From Candidatus Desulfobia pelagia (lineage in GTDB: Bacteria; Desulfobacterota; Desulfobulbia; Desulfobulbales; SURF-16): a stretch of 64,000 nucleotides of DNA. Made by a program: the position numbers and the translations under genes. The stretch covers positions 570 to 64,569 of the forward strand of contig JACNJZ010000093.1 of NCBI GenBank assembly GCA_014382295.1, given 5' to 3'. The notes below the pieces were generated by a model. That model had not been told where the DNA came from and ran no database searches. It saw only the letters and a program-made list of their open reading frames with translations. Below, one piece after another: positions 1 to 10,493 of this stretch. Position 1 is the first letter of the stretch, and every line of letters begins with the position of its first letter.

Positions 1-367
1 CGCCGTTTTTCATGGCAAGGTCCATGATTTTGCATACTTTTTCGGCAAAGGTCTCAGACAGGGAACCACCGAGTACTGTGAAATCCTGGGCAAAAACATA
101 AATCAGGCGGCCAGCTACCGTGCCATAACCCGTGACCACGCCGTCGCCGAAAAACTGTTTTTTCTCCATGCCAAAATTATAGCAGCGGTGACTTTTGAAC
201 ATGTCAAATTCTTCAAAACTGCCGGGATCAAGCAGCATTTCAATTCTTTCGCGGGCAGTATACTTTCCCTGGGCATGATGTTTGTCAATACGGTCCTGAC
301 CGCCACCTAAACGTGCTTTGGCGCGCATTTCCAACAGTTTGTTCAGCTTATCCTGCATCATTGTCAT
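1..367 (-). CDS. Methylmalonyl-CoA carboxyltransferase 12S / propionyl-CoA carboxylase beta subunit (N-terminal part, truncated by window edge)
   Basis: The reverse frame is open to the window edge from ATG at 365-367. My translation is [57 protein letters not shown]...[19 protein letters not shown], typical of the carboxyltransferase family N-terminus. It is absent from the ORF track because it is partial. Confidence 0.8.
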   Translation of the reverse strand, partial: MTMMQDKLNKLLEMRAKARLGGGQDRIDKHHAQGKYTARERIEMLLDPGSFEEFDMFKSHRCYNFGMEKKQFFGDGVVTGYGTVAGRLIYVFAQDFTVLGGSLSETFAEKVCKIMDLAMKNG

Positions 368-439
368 TTTGATTTTCCCGTGTAGTGGTTGTCTCAGAAT
401 GTAGGTGTATTCTTCATTTAAAATCTTTCTGACAATACA

Positions 440-850
440 TCAAGGTTCTTTGGGTGCACAGCAAAATTCTGTGAGCACCCCAAAGGTTGATTTCGGGTGC
501 AGAAAAGCGACCTGTTTGCCTCCGGCACCGGTGATTGGAGTTTCATGGATGAGCTTGCAGCCCTGCTCTTTGGCCTGATTCAGCTGGGAGTCGATGTTGT
601 CAGTGCAGTAGGCAATATGATGCACCCCTTGGCCCTTGTTTTTTAGGAATTTTGCAATGGGGCTGTCATCGGCAGTCGGTTCAAGGAGTTCAATATGAAC
701 GCCGCCCAGGTTGAAAAATGCAGTTCGCACCTTCTGGGAAACCACCTCTTCCTTCTTTTCGCAGGTGAGACCGAGGACATTTTCATAGAATTGGCAGCTT
801 TCTGTCAGGGAATGAACTGCGATTCCAATGTGATCTATTTTCTGTAACAT
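440..850 (-). CDS. mce: Methylmalonyl-CoA epimerase (glyoxalase/VOC fold)
   Basis: ORF 440..919. The likely start is the internal Met giving MLQKIDHIGIAVHSL..., with VOC-fold motifs HIGIAV and HHIAY. It sits between the mutase and the carboxyltransferase. Confidence 0.85.
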   Translation of the reverse strand: MLQKIDHIGIAVHSLTESCQFYENVLGLTCEKKEEVVSQKVRTAFFNLGGVHIELLEPTADDSPIAKFLKNKGQGVHHIAYCTDNIDSQLNQAKEQGCKLIHETPITGAGGKQVAFLHPKSTFGVLTEFCCAPKEP

Positions 851-851
851 G

Positions 852-2501
852 TTAACATCCCTCCCTGTATTCACCAAAAACACTTCTGAGAACATCGCAT
901 ATCTCGCCAAGAGTCGCATATTCCTTCACTGCGGCAATGATCGGCGGCATCAGGTTGGTGTCTCCAGTTGCCGCAGCTTTCAGGGTGTTCAGGCATTTTT
1001 CAACCTGATCACTATTCCGGTTTGCCTTTACTTCGCGAAGGCGGGCCACCTGGTCATCTTCTACCCTGGGGTCAACTCTCAGAAGGGGTGGCTTGGTCTC
1101 CTCTTCAATTTCAAACTTATTAACACCGACTATGATCCGCTCTCCGCGTTCAATTTCCTGCTGGTATTCATAGGCAGAATTTTCGATCTGGCGCTGGATA
1201 AACCCCTCTTCAATGCAGCGGACAACACCGCCGTTGTCTTCTATTTTACTAATGAGGGCAGAGGCTTCCTGCTCTATTTTGTTGGTGAGCTGTTCAACAT
1301 AATAGGAGCCGGCCAGAGGGTCAACGGTCTCGGCAACACCCGATTCATGGGCGATTACCTGCTGGGTGCGGAGGGCCGTGCGTACAGACTCTTCGGTGGG
1401 TAGAGAAAGGGCCTCGTCCCGGGAATTGGTGTGCAGTGACTGGGTGCCGCCAAGCACTGCTGCCAGGGCCTGGATGGTTACGCGGACAATATTGTTGTCG
1501 ATCTGCTGGGCAGCCAGGCTGCTTCCTGCGGTCTGGGTGTGGAAGCGGAGCATCCAGCTGGTAGGATTCTTTGCTCCGAAGCGTACTTTCATTATCCGGG
1601 CCCACAGCCTGCGGGCTGCCCGATATTTTGCCACTTCTTCAAGGAGATCCGATGATGCATTGAAGAAAAAGGAGAGACGCCGGGCAAAATGGTCAAGTTC
1701 AAGTCCAGCATCCAGAGCGGCCTGAACATAGGTAATGCCGTTGGCCAGGGTGAAAGCCACTTCCTGAACTGCGGTGGAGCCGGCTTCACGGATATGGTAG
1801 CCGGATATTGAAATTGTATTAAAAGACGGCGTCTGTTCTCCGCACCATTGGAAGATGTTGGTAATAAGCCGCAGGCTGGGCTTTGGAGGAAAAATATAGG
1901 TCCCTCTGGCAACATATTCCTTCAGAATGTCGTTTTGTATGGTTCCCTTGATCTTATCTGCGCTCGCACCCTGTTTTTCGGCAACCGCCACGTACATGGC
2001 GAGTAGCATGGCTGCCGGCGAGTTAATCGTCATGGAGGTGGAGACTTTATCCAGAGGGATAGCGTCAAACAGAGTCTCCATGTCGGCAAGAGAATCAATG
2101 GCTACACCGACCTTGCCAACCTCTCCGGTGCTCATGCTGTGATCTGAGTCGTATCCTATCTGGGTTGGCAGGTCAAAGGCGATGGACAGGCCGGTTGTGC
2201 CATGATCAAGAAGGTAGCGAAAACGCTTGTTTGATTCTGCCGCTGTAGAAAAGCCGGCATACTGGCGCATGGTCCAGAGCCGACCGCGATACATGGAAGG
2301 CTGTACACCCCTGGTAAACGGATAGCGCCCCGGGAACCCGATATCGTCAGTATAATGATCGTCAATATGCTCGGGAATATACAGGCGGTTGATTTCGCCG
2401 CCGCCATGATTGGTAAACTTTTCTTTTCGTTCTGGAAAGCGGCTGATGCTCTTGTGCAGTTCGTTTTCCTGCCAGTTGAGGAAATCAGGAGATTTTGTCA
2501 T
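852..2501 (-). CDS. Methylmalonyl-CoA mutase, catalytic (large, N-terminal domain) subunit
   Basis: 549 aa. Family motifs [29 protein letters not shown] and [19 protein letters not shown]. It has no B12-binding domain, which is encoded separately at 3436..3855. Confidence 0.9.
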   Translation of the reverse strand: MTKSPDFLNWQENELHKSISRFPERKEKFTNHGGGEINRLYIPEHIDDHYTDDIGFPGRYPFTRGVQPSMYRGRLWTMRQYAGFSTAAESNKRFRYLLDHGTTGLSIAFDLPTQIGYDSDHSMSTGEVGKVGVAIDSLADMETLFDAIPLDKVSTSMTINSPAAMLLAMYVAVAEKQGASADKIKGTIQNDILKEYVARGTYIFPPKPSLRLITNIFQWCGEQTPSFNTISISGYHIREAGSTAVQEVAFTLANGITYVQAALDAGLELDHFARRLSFFFNASSDLLEEVAKYRAARRLWARIMKVRFGAKNPTSWMLRFHTQTAGSSLAAQQIDNNIVRVTIQALAAVLGGTQSLHTNSRDEALSLPTEESVRTALRTQQVIAHESGVAETVDPLAGSYYVEQLTNKIEQEASALISKIEDNGGVVRCIEEGFIQRQIENSAYEYQQEIERGERIIVGVNKFEIEEETKPPLLRVDPRVEDDQVARLREVKANRNSDQVEKCLNTLKAAATGDTNLMPPIIAAVKEYATLGEICDVLRSVFGEYREGC

Positions 2502-3435
2502 GGTCCACCTTCATTTGTTTTAGAATGTTAGCAGCTTGAAGTTTTGGGTCTCCCCAACGCTCCCCGCTGTCTTTCTGTATTTTTTGCAGGATATGGGGCC
2601 GCATCATTTCCATGGCCCAGTCTAGAACTTCAAGGTCATATGAACGGCTGCGCCTCCGATCATGTTCGCCGCTGGCCCGATGCTGATTTTCGAGTGCGGC
2701 AATTTCGGCCAGAAGCTCTTCTACTCCCTTGCCTTCGCTTGCCACTGTTCGGCAGACAGCAATTGGTCGGTTGCTTTTGTCGGCGCGCTCATGGGCCACG
2801 GCCTCCATATCCATAAAAAGTGTTTCTGCTCCGGCCATATCAGCCTTATTGATTACCAGAAGATCTGCCACTTCAAGCAGTCCGGCTTTCATGGCCTGGA
2901 TGTCATCTCCCAGACCCGGAGCCATGACCAGGGCGGTAATGTCGGCAAGTCTGATGATGTCCATTTCCGACTGGCCGACTCCGACTGTTTCTATAATAAT
3001 TCGCTGGCAGCCGGCCCCGGCCATGATGCGAACAGCAGCGCCGGCAGCTCCGCAGAGTCCGCCCAGGCGACCACGGGTTGCCATGGAACGGACAATGACA
3101 TCCCTGTCCAGACTGTGCCGCATCATTCGTATCCTGTCGCCAAGGATAGCTCCTCCGGACAGAGGGGAGGTGGGATCAATGGCAATGATGCCGACTCGTT
3201 CGCCCCGGGAGCGGCAGGTGGATATGATCTGGCTGGTCAGAGTGGATTTACCGGCCCCGGGAGGGCCCGTGATGCCAAGGACCGTAGTGTTTTTGACAAG
3301 ATCCCTGTCGAGTGATAACAGGATAGCATCGGCCTCGGGGCCGTTGTCCTCGACTATGGATATTGCCCGGCCTATTGCCCGGGGATCCTGTTTTGCGAGA
3401 CCGTCAAGGAGAGATGTTAAAGAGGTATGCGCCAC
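2485..3435 (-). CDS. meaB: Methylmalonyl-CoA mutase-associated GTPase MeaB (ArgK family)
   Basis: 316 aa with P-loop GPPGAGKST and NKAD motifs. It lies between the two mutase subunits, and its 3' end overlaps the mutase start by 17 nt. Confidence 0.9.
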   Translation of the reverse strand: MAHTSLTSLLDGLAKQDPRAIGRAISIVEDNGPEADAILLSLDRDLVKNTTVLGITGPPGAGKSTLTSQIISTCRSRGERVGIIAIDPTSPLSGGAILGDRIRMMRHSLDRDVIVRSMATRGRLGGLCGAAGAAVRIMAGAGCQRIIIETVGVGQSEMDIIRLADITALVMAPGLGDDIQAMKAGLLEVADLLVINKADMAGAETLFMDMEAVAHERADKSNRPIAVCRTVASEGKGVEELLAEIAALENQHRASGEHDRRRSRSYDLEVLDWAMEMMRPHILQKIQKDSGERWGDPKLQAANILKQMKVDHDKIS

Positions 3436-3855
3436 TCACGCATTCCTCGTTTCGTGATGTTTGCTGCAGGCTGCTGTAAAAGCGGCGATAATCTGGTCCA
3501 CCGGAGTTCCGGGTGTGAAAATTGCTTCAACTCCTTTTTCTTTGAGAAGGGTGATATCTTCATCAGGTATAACACCACCGCCTATTACAGGAATGTCGCC
3601 GGCCCCTGCTTTGCGCAGGCATTCTACTACAGCAGGAAATAGTCGTATATGCGCCCCTGACAGCGAGGAAAGGCCGACAGCGGCCACATCTTCCTGGACT
3701 GCGGCTGCAGCAATCTCTTCGGGGCTGCGGCGTATTCCTGTATAAATGACTTCGAAACCATTATCTCTTAATGCCCGGGCAATGAATTTCGCGCCGCGAT
3801 CATGACCATCAAGACCTGGTTTGCCAATGAGAACTCGATAGGTGGTGTTTGACAT
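3436..3855 (-). CDS. Methylmalonyl-CoA mutase, cobalamin-binding (small) subunit
   Basis: ORF 3436..3936. The likely start is ATG at 3853-3855 (MSNTTYRVLIGKPGLDGHDRGAKFIARAL). The DxHxxG B12-binding motif is present. Confidence 0.85.
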   Translation of the reverse strand: MSNTTYRVLIGKPGLDGHDRGAKFIARALRDNGFEVIYTGIRRSPEEIAAAAVQEDVAAVGLSSLSGAHIRLFPAVVECLRKAGAGDIPVIGGGVIPDEDITLLKEKGVEAIFTPGTPVDQIIAAFTAACSKHHETRNA

Positions 3856-3944
3856 GATGAGAGCCTCGTCTCTAATGATGCAGTATTCAAAGAATGTAAA
3901 ATTATTTAGGTGGGGCCGCTCAATTGGCATAACCACCGTTCTGT

Positions 3945-3972
3945 AACTATTCAGAAGTGCTCCTGAATAGTT
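3945..3972. repeat. Palindromic intergenic element AACTATTCAG-N8-CTGAATAGTT (family copy 1)
   Basis: Perfect 10-bp inverted repeat with an 8-nt loop (AAGTGCTC), just 3' of the sucD stop. Near-identical copies are at 59262-59289 and 59925/60074, and a degenerate copy is at about 60093-60118. Confidence 0.7.
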
Positions 3973-3981
3973 GTCAAAGAA

Positions 3982-4851
3982 TTAAAAGATGGTGGCGCAG
4001 AATCTGCCGATAGTTCCCAGGTTTTCGCAAACATGGATACCATGCTCACGGAATGCAGCAATTTTTGCCTGGGCAGTGCCGCTGCCGCCGCTGACAATGG
4101 CACCAGCGTGGCCCATCCGTCGTCCGGGAGGGGCGGTCAGTCCGGCTATGAAACCGACAACTGGTTTGGTTACTTTTTCTGCAATATATGCAGCAGCTTC
4201 TTCTTCTGCTGTTCCGCCGATCTCGCCGACCATGACAATACCGCTGGTCTCCGGGTCGGCCTCAAAAGCGGCCAGGCAGTCAATAAAGTTGGTGCCGTTG
4301 ACAGGGTCTCCGCCAATCCCGAGGCAGGTCGTCTGGCCGATGGACTGTTTTGAGAGCTGGTCGACGACCTCATATGTGAGAGTTCCGGAACGTGATACCA
4401 CGCCGATAGGGCCTCCCGGCAGGTGAATTGATCCCGGCATAATGCCGACCTTGCTTTCTCCAGGGGTAATGATTCCCGGGCAGTTCGGCCCGATCAGGCG
4501 GGACGTGCGGGTCGCAAGATAGTTTTTGATCTTGAGCATGTCATGAACCGGTATTCCCTCGGTAATACAGATAATAAGTTCAACCCCCGCAGCTGCGGCT
4601 TCCATGATGGCATCGGCGGCAAAGGCAGGCGGCACAAAGATCATACTGCAGTTAGCCTGGGTGTCGCTGACAGCCTGCTTGACTGTATTAAAAATGGGGA
4701 CGCCGTCCATTTCAAGGCCCCCCTTGCCGGGAGTAACCCCGGCAACGACATGAGTTCCATAGGCAATGCACTGGCGGGAATGGAATTGCCCTTCTCGGCC
4801 AGTTATTCCCTGGACCAGAAGTCGGGTGTTTTTATCTATAAAAATACTCAT
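3982..4851 (-). CDS. sucD: Succinyl-CoA synthetase alpha subunit
   Basis: 289 aa. N-terminus [24 protein letters not shown], with SRSGTLTYE and GHAGAI motifs. Confidence 0.92.
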   Translation of the reverse strand: MSIFIDKNTRLLVQGITGREGQFHSRQCIAYGTHVVAGVTPGKGGLEMDGVPIFNTVKQAVSDTQANCSMIFVPPAFAADAIMEAAAAGVELIICITEGIPVHDMLKIKNYLATRTSRLIGPNCPGIITPGESKVGIMPGSIHLPGGPIGVVSRSGTLTYEVVDQLSKQSIGQTTCLGIGGDPVNGTNFIDCLAAFEADPETSGIVMVGEIGGTAEEEAAAYIAEKVTKPVVGFIAGLTAPPGRRMGHAGAIVSGGSGTAQAKIAAFREHGIHVCENLGTIGRFCATIF

Positions 4852-4857
4852 AATTTT

Positions 4858-5084
4858 CAGTTCGTTGAGTTTCTAGAGTTCGTTGGGTTTGTATGAAAGT
4901 TTTAAGTTAAAAGTGTTAAGTTTTAAGTTGGCGGATGTGACTAATTCATTTTTTCTGTTGCAAAATGAGACTTTCTTGCTTCGTTGTGCCCGCTCGCGGG
5001 AATGGGCGTTATTGAGTTGACGGAAGGTGTCATTCCTGAGAGAAACACAACAAACTCAATAACTCAACGAACTCAAGAAACTCG
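4858..5084. repeat. Composite intergenic element with imperfect terminal inverted repeats in the sucD-sucC spacer
   Basis: The left arm GAGTTTCTAGAGTTCGTTGGGTT (4868-4890) matches the reverse complement of the right arm (about 5047-5084, ...AACTCAACGAACTCAAGAAACTC) with two mismatches. Both arms are built from GAGTT(C/T)NTT words. The interior carries the AAGTTTTAAGTT family unit (4895-4954). Confidence 0.6.
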
Positions 5085-5092
5085 TTTTGACC

Positions 5093-6253
5093 TCAGCGGC
5101 CAATCTGGGCGACTCTTTCGGCTGCGTCTGCCAGATCAGTTGCTGAAATAAGACTCAAGCCGGATTCTGATAGTATTCTCCGGCCTTCTTCAGCGTTGGT
5201 TCCTTCCATTCTTACGACAACAGGGACATTGACACCGATGGCATTGGCGGCCTGAATGACGCCCTCAGCAAGGACGTCACAGCGTAGAATGCCGCCAAAA
5301 ATATTAATCAGGATGCCCTTTACGTTGGGGTCGGAAAGCATGATCTTGAACCCGGCCTCGACCATTTCAGCGCTGGCGCCGCCGCCAACATCAAGGAAGT
5401 TGGCGGGTTCGGCTCCAGCCTGTTTGATGATGTCCATGGTGGCCATGGCCAGGCCGGCACCGTTGACCATATTGCCAATACTGCCTTCAAGGCGTATGTA
5501 ATTGAGTCCATGTATCTGGGCGTCAACCTCAAGGGGGTCCATTTCTGATTCATCCTGCATGTCACGGATGTCAGTATGGCGGAAGAGGCTGCTGCTGTCG
5601 ATTTCAACCTTGGCGTCAAGAGCTATGAGCCTATTGTCATCTGTAATGACAAGCGGATTAATTTCTACAAGCATGCAGTCATATGCGCAGAAGAGCGTGA
5701 AAAGGTTGTCCAGTAGCTTCATGAACTGTTTGAGCTCATCCCCTTTGAGGCCAAGACCGAATCCTGCTTCACGGCAGTGATATGGCTGTAATCCGGTAAG
5801 GGGATTGACGTGAACCTTGATGATTTTTTCCGGTCTGGATGCCGCCACCTCCTCGATATCCATACCACCGGCGGTGCTGGCGATGATAACGATTGATGAG
5901 GTGGCTCGATCCGGAAGGATGGAAAGATACAGTTCATGTTTGATGGTCAGCCCTTTTTCAATGAGGACTTTGCCAACAATTTTACCCTCGGGGCCGGTCT
6001 GGTTGTTGATCAGTTTCATCCCAAGAATATCTGCAGCAGCCTGACGCAGTTCTTTAGATGAGGAGGCAACGCGAATACCTCCGGCCTTACCCCGGCCTCC
6101 GGCATGGATCTGGGCTTTGACAACCTGGGGATACTCATCCAGAGCTGCGGCAGCATTTTCAGCCTCGGCCAGGCTGAAGGCAACGTGACCTTCCGGGGTA
6201 GGTATCTGGTATGCGCGGAACAGCTCTTTTGCCTGATATTCGTGAATTTTCAC
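5093..6253 (-). CDS. sucC: Succinyl-CoA synthetase beta subunit (ATP-grasp)
   Basis: 386 aa. N-terminus [22 protein letters not shown] and the [13 protein letters not shown] motif. Confidence 0.92.
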   Translation of the reverse strand: MKIHEYQAKELFRAYQIPTPEGHVAFSLAEAENAAAALDEYPQVVKAQIHAGGRGKAGGIRVASSSKELRQAAADILGMKLINNQTGPEGKIVGKVLIEKGLTIKHELYLSILPDRATSSIVIIASTAGGMDIEEVAASRPEKIIKVHVNPLTGLQPYHCREAGFGLGLKGDELKQFMKLLDNLFTLFCAYDCMLVEINPLVITDDNRLIALDAKVEIDSSSLFRHTDIRDMQDESEMDPLEVDAQIHGLNYIRLEGSIGNMVNGAGLAMATMDIIKQAGAEPANFLDVGGGASAEMVEAGFKIMLSDPNVKGILINIFGGILRCDVLAEGVIQAANAIGVNVPVVVRMEGTNAEEGRRILSESGLSLISATDLADAAERVAQIGR

Positions 6254-6265
6254 TCTGGTCTCTCT

Positions 6266-8161
6266 TTATGTCCTGGGGTAGCCCATGGATTTCAGGGTCT
6301 CAGTGATTTCGGTTAAGCTTGCCGGGTCATCAATGGTTGACGGCATGCGGTAGTCCTTGCCGTCAGCAATGGAGCGCATGGTGCCGCGTAATATTTTTCC
6401 TGAACGGGTTTTCGGAAGTCTTAAAACTCTGGCAGATTCCTTGAAACAGGCGACGGGGCCGATCTTTTCCCGTACCATCTTGACAAGTTCTGTTTTAATG
6501 TCATCTTCTTTGACATCAACTCCGGCTTTCAGGACAAAAAGGCCGAGAGGGGACTGGCCTTTGAGCTGATCTGCAATGCCGAATACAGCACACTCAGCTA
6601 TGGCTGGATGAGTGGCGATAATCTCTTCCATTGCGCCGGTGGAAAGCCTGTGGCCGGCAATATTGATAACATCATCCATGCGGCCCATAACAAAAACATA
6701 TCCGTCTTCATCTATGTAGCCGCCGTCACTTGTTTCATAGTAGCCCTTGAATGCTGTCATGTAGGATTTAATAAAACGTTCCTCATTGCGCCAGAGGTTG
6801 ACAAGGGTACCCGGGGGGAGAGGAAGCTTGATAACAATGTTTCCTTCAACACCCGCTTTTACTTCACGACCCTGGTTGTCCATAATCCTAACATCATAAC
6901 CGACAACAGGTTTGGTCGGGGATCCCGCTTTGACAGGAAATTCTTCAATTCCGCGGCAGTTGGCAACAATGGCCCAGCCGGTTTCTGTCTGCCACCAGTG
7001 GTCTATTACCGGGACTTTCAGGAGGTTGCAGGCCCAGTGATAGGTGTCGGGGTCCAGACGTTCACCCGCAAGATAAAGGGCTTCGAAGCAGGACAGGTTG
7101 TATTTTTTCAGGAAGTCGCCGTTTGGATCTTCTTTTTTGATGGCCCTGAATGCAGTAGGGGCAGTGAACAGGCTTTTAACGCCATGCTGGGAAATGACTC
7201 GCCAGAAGGCTCCTGCATCGGGGGTGCCAATGGGTTTGCCTTCATAAAAGACAGTGGTGCTTCCGTTCAGCAGAGGTCCATAGACGATATAGGAGTGGCC
7301 TACCACCCAGCCAACGTCGGAAGCAGACCAGAAAACATCTCCGGGGTTGATGTCGTAGATGTTTTTCATCGACCAGTGGAGGGCAACGGCATGACCGCCG
7401 TTGTCACGCATAACGCCCTTGGGCATTCCGGTGGTTCCTGAAGTGTAGAGGATGTAAAGGGGGTCTGTGGCGTCCACAGGCACACAGTCGGCGGGAGAAG
7501 CCGCTGCCATGAGTGTCATCCAGTCAAAATCACGGCCAGTCTGGAGATCGGCATCTACGAAGTCACGTTTGAAGACAATACATTTTTCAGGCTTATGGTT
7601 TGACTGTTCAATTGCGGCGTCAACCAGAGGCTTGTAGGCCAGCTTTTTTTTGCCTTCAATGGCGCCGGAGGCACAGACCAGCACTCTGGGCTGGGCGTGG
7701 TCAATGCGAATAGCCAGTTCCTGGGCGGCAAATCCGCCGAAAACAACAGAGTGAATGGCGCCCAGTCTGGCGCAGGCCAGCATCGCAACTGCCGCTTCCG
7801 GGATCATAGGCATATAGATAATGACTGTATCACCCTTTTGCACGCCCTGGCTTTTGAGAACACCAGCGAAAAGAGCCACATCCTTCTGGAGTTCACTGTA
7901 CGTTATTTTCCTGACAGTATCCGTAACAGGACTGTCATAAATAATGGCGGCCTGATCACCACGACCATTTTCAACATGCCTGTCAACAGCATTATAGCAG
8001 GTGTTGAGCTTTCCTCCAGTGTACCAGCGGTAAAAGGGAGGGTTGGAAGAATCGAGGACTTTATCCCATTTTTTCTCCCAGCTAATTCCTTCGGCTGCTT
8101 CTCCCCAGAATCTTTCAGGGTCTTGAATGCTTTTTTCGAAAATTTCGTCGTAGGATGCCAT
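6266..8161 (-). CDS. prpE: Propionate--CoA ligase (AMP-forming acyl-CoA synthetase, PrpE-like)
   Basis: ORF 6266..8251. The likely start is ATG at 8159-8161 (MASYDEIFEKSIQDPERFWGEAA). Motifs YTSGTTGMPKG, SDVGWVVGHSYIVYGPL and a PKTRSGKILR...TIDDPASL C-terminus match what I recall of the PrpE family. It is 12 nt upstream of sucC. Confidence 0.85.
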   Translation of the reverse strand: MASYDEIFEKSIQDPERFWGEAAEGISWEKKWDKVLDSSNPPFYRWYTGGKLNTCYNAVDRHVENGRGDQAAIIYDSPVTDTVRKITYSELQKDVALFAGVLKSQGVQKGDTVIIYMPMIPEAAVAMLACARLGAIHSVVFGGFAAQELAIRIDHAQPRVLVCASGAIEGKKKLAYKPLVDAAIEQSNHKPEKCIVFKRDFVDADLQTGRDFDWMTLMAAASPADCVPVDATDPLYILYTSGTTGMPKGVMRDNGGHAVALHWSMKNIYDINPGDVFWSASDVGWVVGHSYIVYGPLLNGSTTVFYEGKPIGTPDAGAFWRVISQHGVKSLFTAPTAFRAIKKEDPNGDFLKKYNLSCFEALYLAGERLDPDTYHWACNLLKVPVIDHWWQTETGWAIVANCRGIEEFPVKAGSPTKPVVGYDVRIMDNQGREVKAGVEGNIVIKLPLPPGTLVNLWRNEERFIKSYMTAFKGYYETSDGGYIDEDGYVFVMGRMDDVINIAGHRLSTGAMEEIIATHPAIAECAVFGIADQLKGQSPLGLFVLKAGVDVKEDDIKTELVKMVREKIGPVACFKESARVLRLPKTRSGKILRGTMRSIADGKDYRMPSTIDDPASLTEITETLKSMGYPRT

Positions 8162-8423
8162 CTCATTCTCCAGTTTCAGCGTGTTTGAGTGTCTGAAGCA
8201 CAGCTTTTGCAGTAGATTTATGTCTAAGTCCGGCAGGCTCCTAGATATCACTGTTATGGCTGCACTCGTAAAAACAACTTGTCGATATGGAAAAAAAATA
8301 TGCTTAACGAACGGTTATATCATAAAGTGGTTATGTCGGCAAGTGAGATGTAACTACTTAATATTGTGATGAAATTAGCCCATGCTACAGCGAGATTGTG
8401 GGTCGAGGTTGACTCTTCGCGGG

Positions 8424-9269
8424 TCAATCGTGCCACGTGGCTTTTGTCGATCCGAAAGAGTCAAACTGACAGGCTTTCATGTATATGTCATGGTAAAAAG
8501 TGAACCAGTAGTTTTGTGAAGCATAGAAGGGCAGAATTTTTTCTTTCTGTTCGATAATGTCCAGGGGGAAATTGTCATAGGCCATGATCCATAACGGGTT
8601 GAAATGACTATGGAGCGGCAGCAGGTCGCCAAGGTGGACGGCACATTCTTTTTTGCCTGCAATGGTTGCAATCTGGTGGCCGCGGGTGTGTCCTCCGGTC
8701 AGGGAAACCGTTATTCCCGGAACAACTTCATGATCCCCTTTAACTATTTCTAGGAGGCCGCTTGCTTCCAGTCCTGTAAAATTATGGGGCCAGTATGAAT
8801 GGGCAGCGCGACTGTTGGGATGAGTAACGTCCTCCCATTCCTTTTTCTGAACGATATGTCTGGCTTTTGGGAAAGTTAGTTCCGGCTTGCCTTGGTCACT
8901 GTGCATAACAATGCCGCCGGCATGATCAAAGTCACAGTGGGTAAGAATAACGTAATCGATACCTTCTCTGTCAATCCCCATTGCGGCAAGATCTGCAACC
9001 ACACTCCATGGTTTGGTTACCCGGAAGATGTCAATTTCCTTGTCTGACAGTTTGTTGCCGAGTCCCGTGTCGATAAGGACTTTTGAAAGGGGTGTTTCGA
9101 TCAGAAGGGGGGCATTAAGCATTTTGATATTGTTGTCATGGTCTGATGGATATTTCTTGTTCCATAAGAGCTTGGGGACAGGGCCGAACATGGTGCCGCC
9201 GTCCAGTTCGAATTCACCGCCATTCAGCCAGGTTATGCTGATATTGCCAAGATCAAGAGATTTTTTCAT
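8424..9269 (-). CDS. MBL-fold metallo-hydrolase
   Basis: ORF 8424..9299. It has the HxHxDH-like motif LTHCDFDHAGG and downstream His residues. The start is ambiguous (9299 or 9269), and both options overlap the 3' end of the mscS-like gene. Confidence 0.7.
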   Translation of the reverse strand: MKKSLDLGNISITWLNGGEFELDGGTMFGPVPKLLWNKKYPSDHDNNIKMLNAPLLIETPLSKVLIDTGLGNKLSDKEIDIFRVTKPWSVVADLAAMGIDREGIDYVILTHCDFDHAGGIVMHSDQGKPELTFPKARHIVQKKEWEDVTHPNSRAAHSYWPHNFTGLEASGLLEIVKGDHEVVPGITVSLTGGHTRGHQIATIAGKKECAVHLGDLLPLHSHFNPLWIMAYDNFPLDIIEQKEKILPFYASQNYWFTFYHDIYMKACQFDSFGSTKATWHD

Positions 9270-10326
9270 GGTTTTTGTTGAGTCTGTCCATGTGGACATC
9301 CATCTGCGGGAATGGAATGGTGATGTTATTTTCCTGCAGGGTTTTGTGGATTTCTTTCAGAAATAGATGGGTTTGCAGGCCCCTGTTGCGGGGATCCTCG
9401 ACCCAGACAAGTAGCTCGAAGTTGACGGATGAATCGGCAAGCGCCCTCACCCGGACGCGGGGTTCGGGTTCTTTGCAGATACCTGCGCTTTCCATGGCGA
9501 CCTTGAGAAGGACTTCTTCTACAAAGTCGAGGTCGGATCCATAGGCAACCCCCACCGGAATTTTAATTCTGTAATTCGGGGTGGGGGCGCTCTCGTTGAT
9601 TATCTTGGAATTGGCCAGGATTGAATTGGGAATGGTAACCAGGACATCATCGCGGGTAAGCATTCGGGAAGATCGAATCCCTATTTCCACTACTTCACCA
9701 CGTTCCTGATTGTCGATGATTATATAGTCACCTACTTTAAAAACACGGTCCATGAAAAGGCTCATTCCACCGAAAAAATTGGCCAGAGTATCCTTGGCTG
9801 CCATGGCAACGGCAATACCGGCAATACCGGCCGAGGCAAAAAGAGGGGTGAGGTTGACGTTCCATATGCCGAGAAGGCCGTAAGCGCCCGTCAGGAGCAG
9901 GATAAGGAAGACGAGTTTGTGGATGAGCCCGCCTAAGTCGCGACCTATTTTTCCTTGCCAGATATTTTCAGACTGTTTGGCGATAAAACCAATGACCCTG
10001 GTGACGGTAATCAGCCATATGACAAGAATAAGGCTTCGTCCGCCCTGGGAAATAGTTTTGGAAACAATGTCCGAGAGGTTTAAAAGCGAGAAGCAGTGGA
10101 TCAGTCCGACAATAAGAACCGTCCAGTATATTGGAGGATGCAGGTATTTGATAAGCTGATTATCAATAGTTGTTTTCGTCAATCGGGTAATGCGCCTGAG
10201 GACTCGGTTGACGAAAAAATCTATAGTTATTGCCAGGACGGCATAAAAAGTAAGGAGCAGAGTAAATTGAATCCAGACATGTTCCTGGATGTTGGGGATG
10301 CTGTTAAGCAGAGAATCGATATTCAT
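9253..10326 (-). CDS. Mechanosensitive ion channel family protein (MscS-like)
   Basis: 357 aa with multiple N-terminal TM helices. The conserved MscS core is LANFFGGMSLFMDRVFKVGDYI...GEVVEIGIRSSRMLTRDDVLVTIPNS. Confidence 0.85.
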   Translation of the reverse strand: MNIDSLLNSIPNIQEHVWIQFTLLLTFYAVLAITIDFFVNRVLRRITRLTKTTIDNQLIKYLHPPIYWTVLIVGLIHCFSLLNLSDIVSKTISQGGRSLILVIWLITVTRVIGFIAKQSENIWQGKIGRDLGGLIHKLVFLILLLTGAYGLLGIWNVNLTPLFASAGIAGIAVAMAAKDTLANFFGGMSLFMDRVFKVGDYIIIDNQERGEVVEIGIRSSRMLTRDDVLVTIPNSILANSKIINESAPTPNYRIKIPVGVAYGSDLDFVEEVLLKVAMESAGICKEPEPRVRVRALADSSVNFELLVWVEDPRNRGLQTHLFLKEIHKTLQENNITIPFPQMDVHMDRLNKNHEKIS

Positions 10327-10493
10327 GGGGAGCCCTCATTTCTTTTGTATATTCATCTGTTCTCTGGAGGTCGTTCTTGGTAATATGGTAGAAAAGATAA
10401 ACTATAGTAAGATCATATTGTTGTGTCCATTGATTTTTAATGTGGGCTTTGCGGGAAACTATTTGCTCTGCAGTGAAAAGAAGCAGGAGGGGT

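Noticed and set aside
2729-3457. Long antisense ORFs inside well-supported genes. Examples: 2729-3457, 6608-7441, 11244-11966, 32380-32997, 46226-46978, 48925-49518, 57328-58008, 60844-61647 and 62682-63581.
   Set aside because: Each lies fully within a gene whose product carries unambiguous family motifs on the other strand. Their translations are low-complexity or Arg/Pro/Ser-rich, as expected of antisense frames.
8198-8214. AAGCACAGCTTTTGCA near the prpE start as a sigma-54 promoter.
   Set aside because: It lacks the GG dinucleotide and lies on the + strand, pointing away from any + strand gene.
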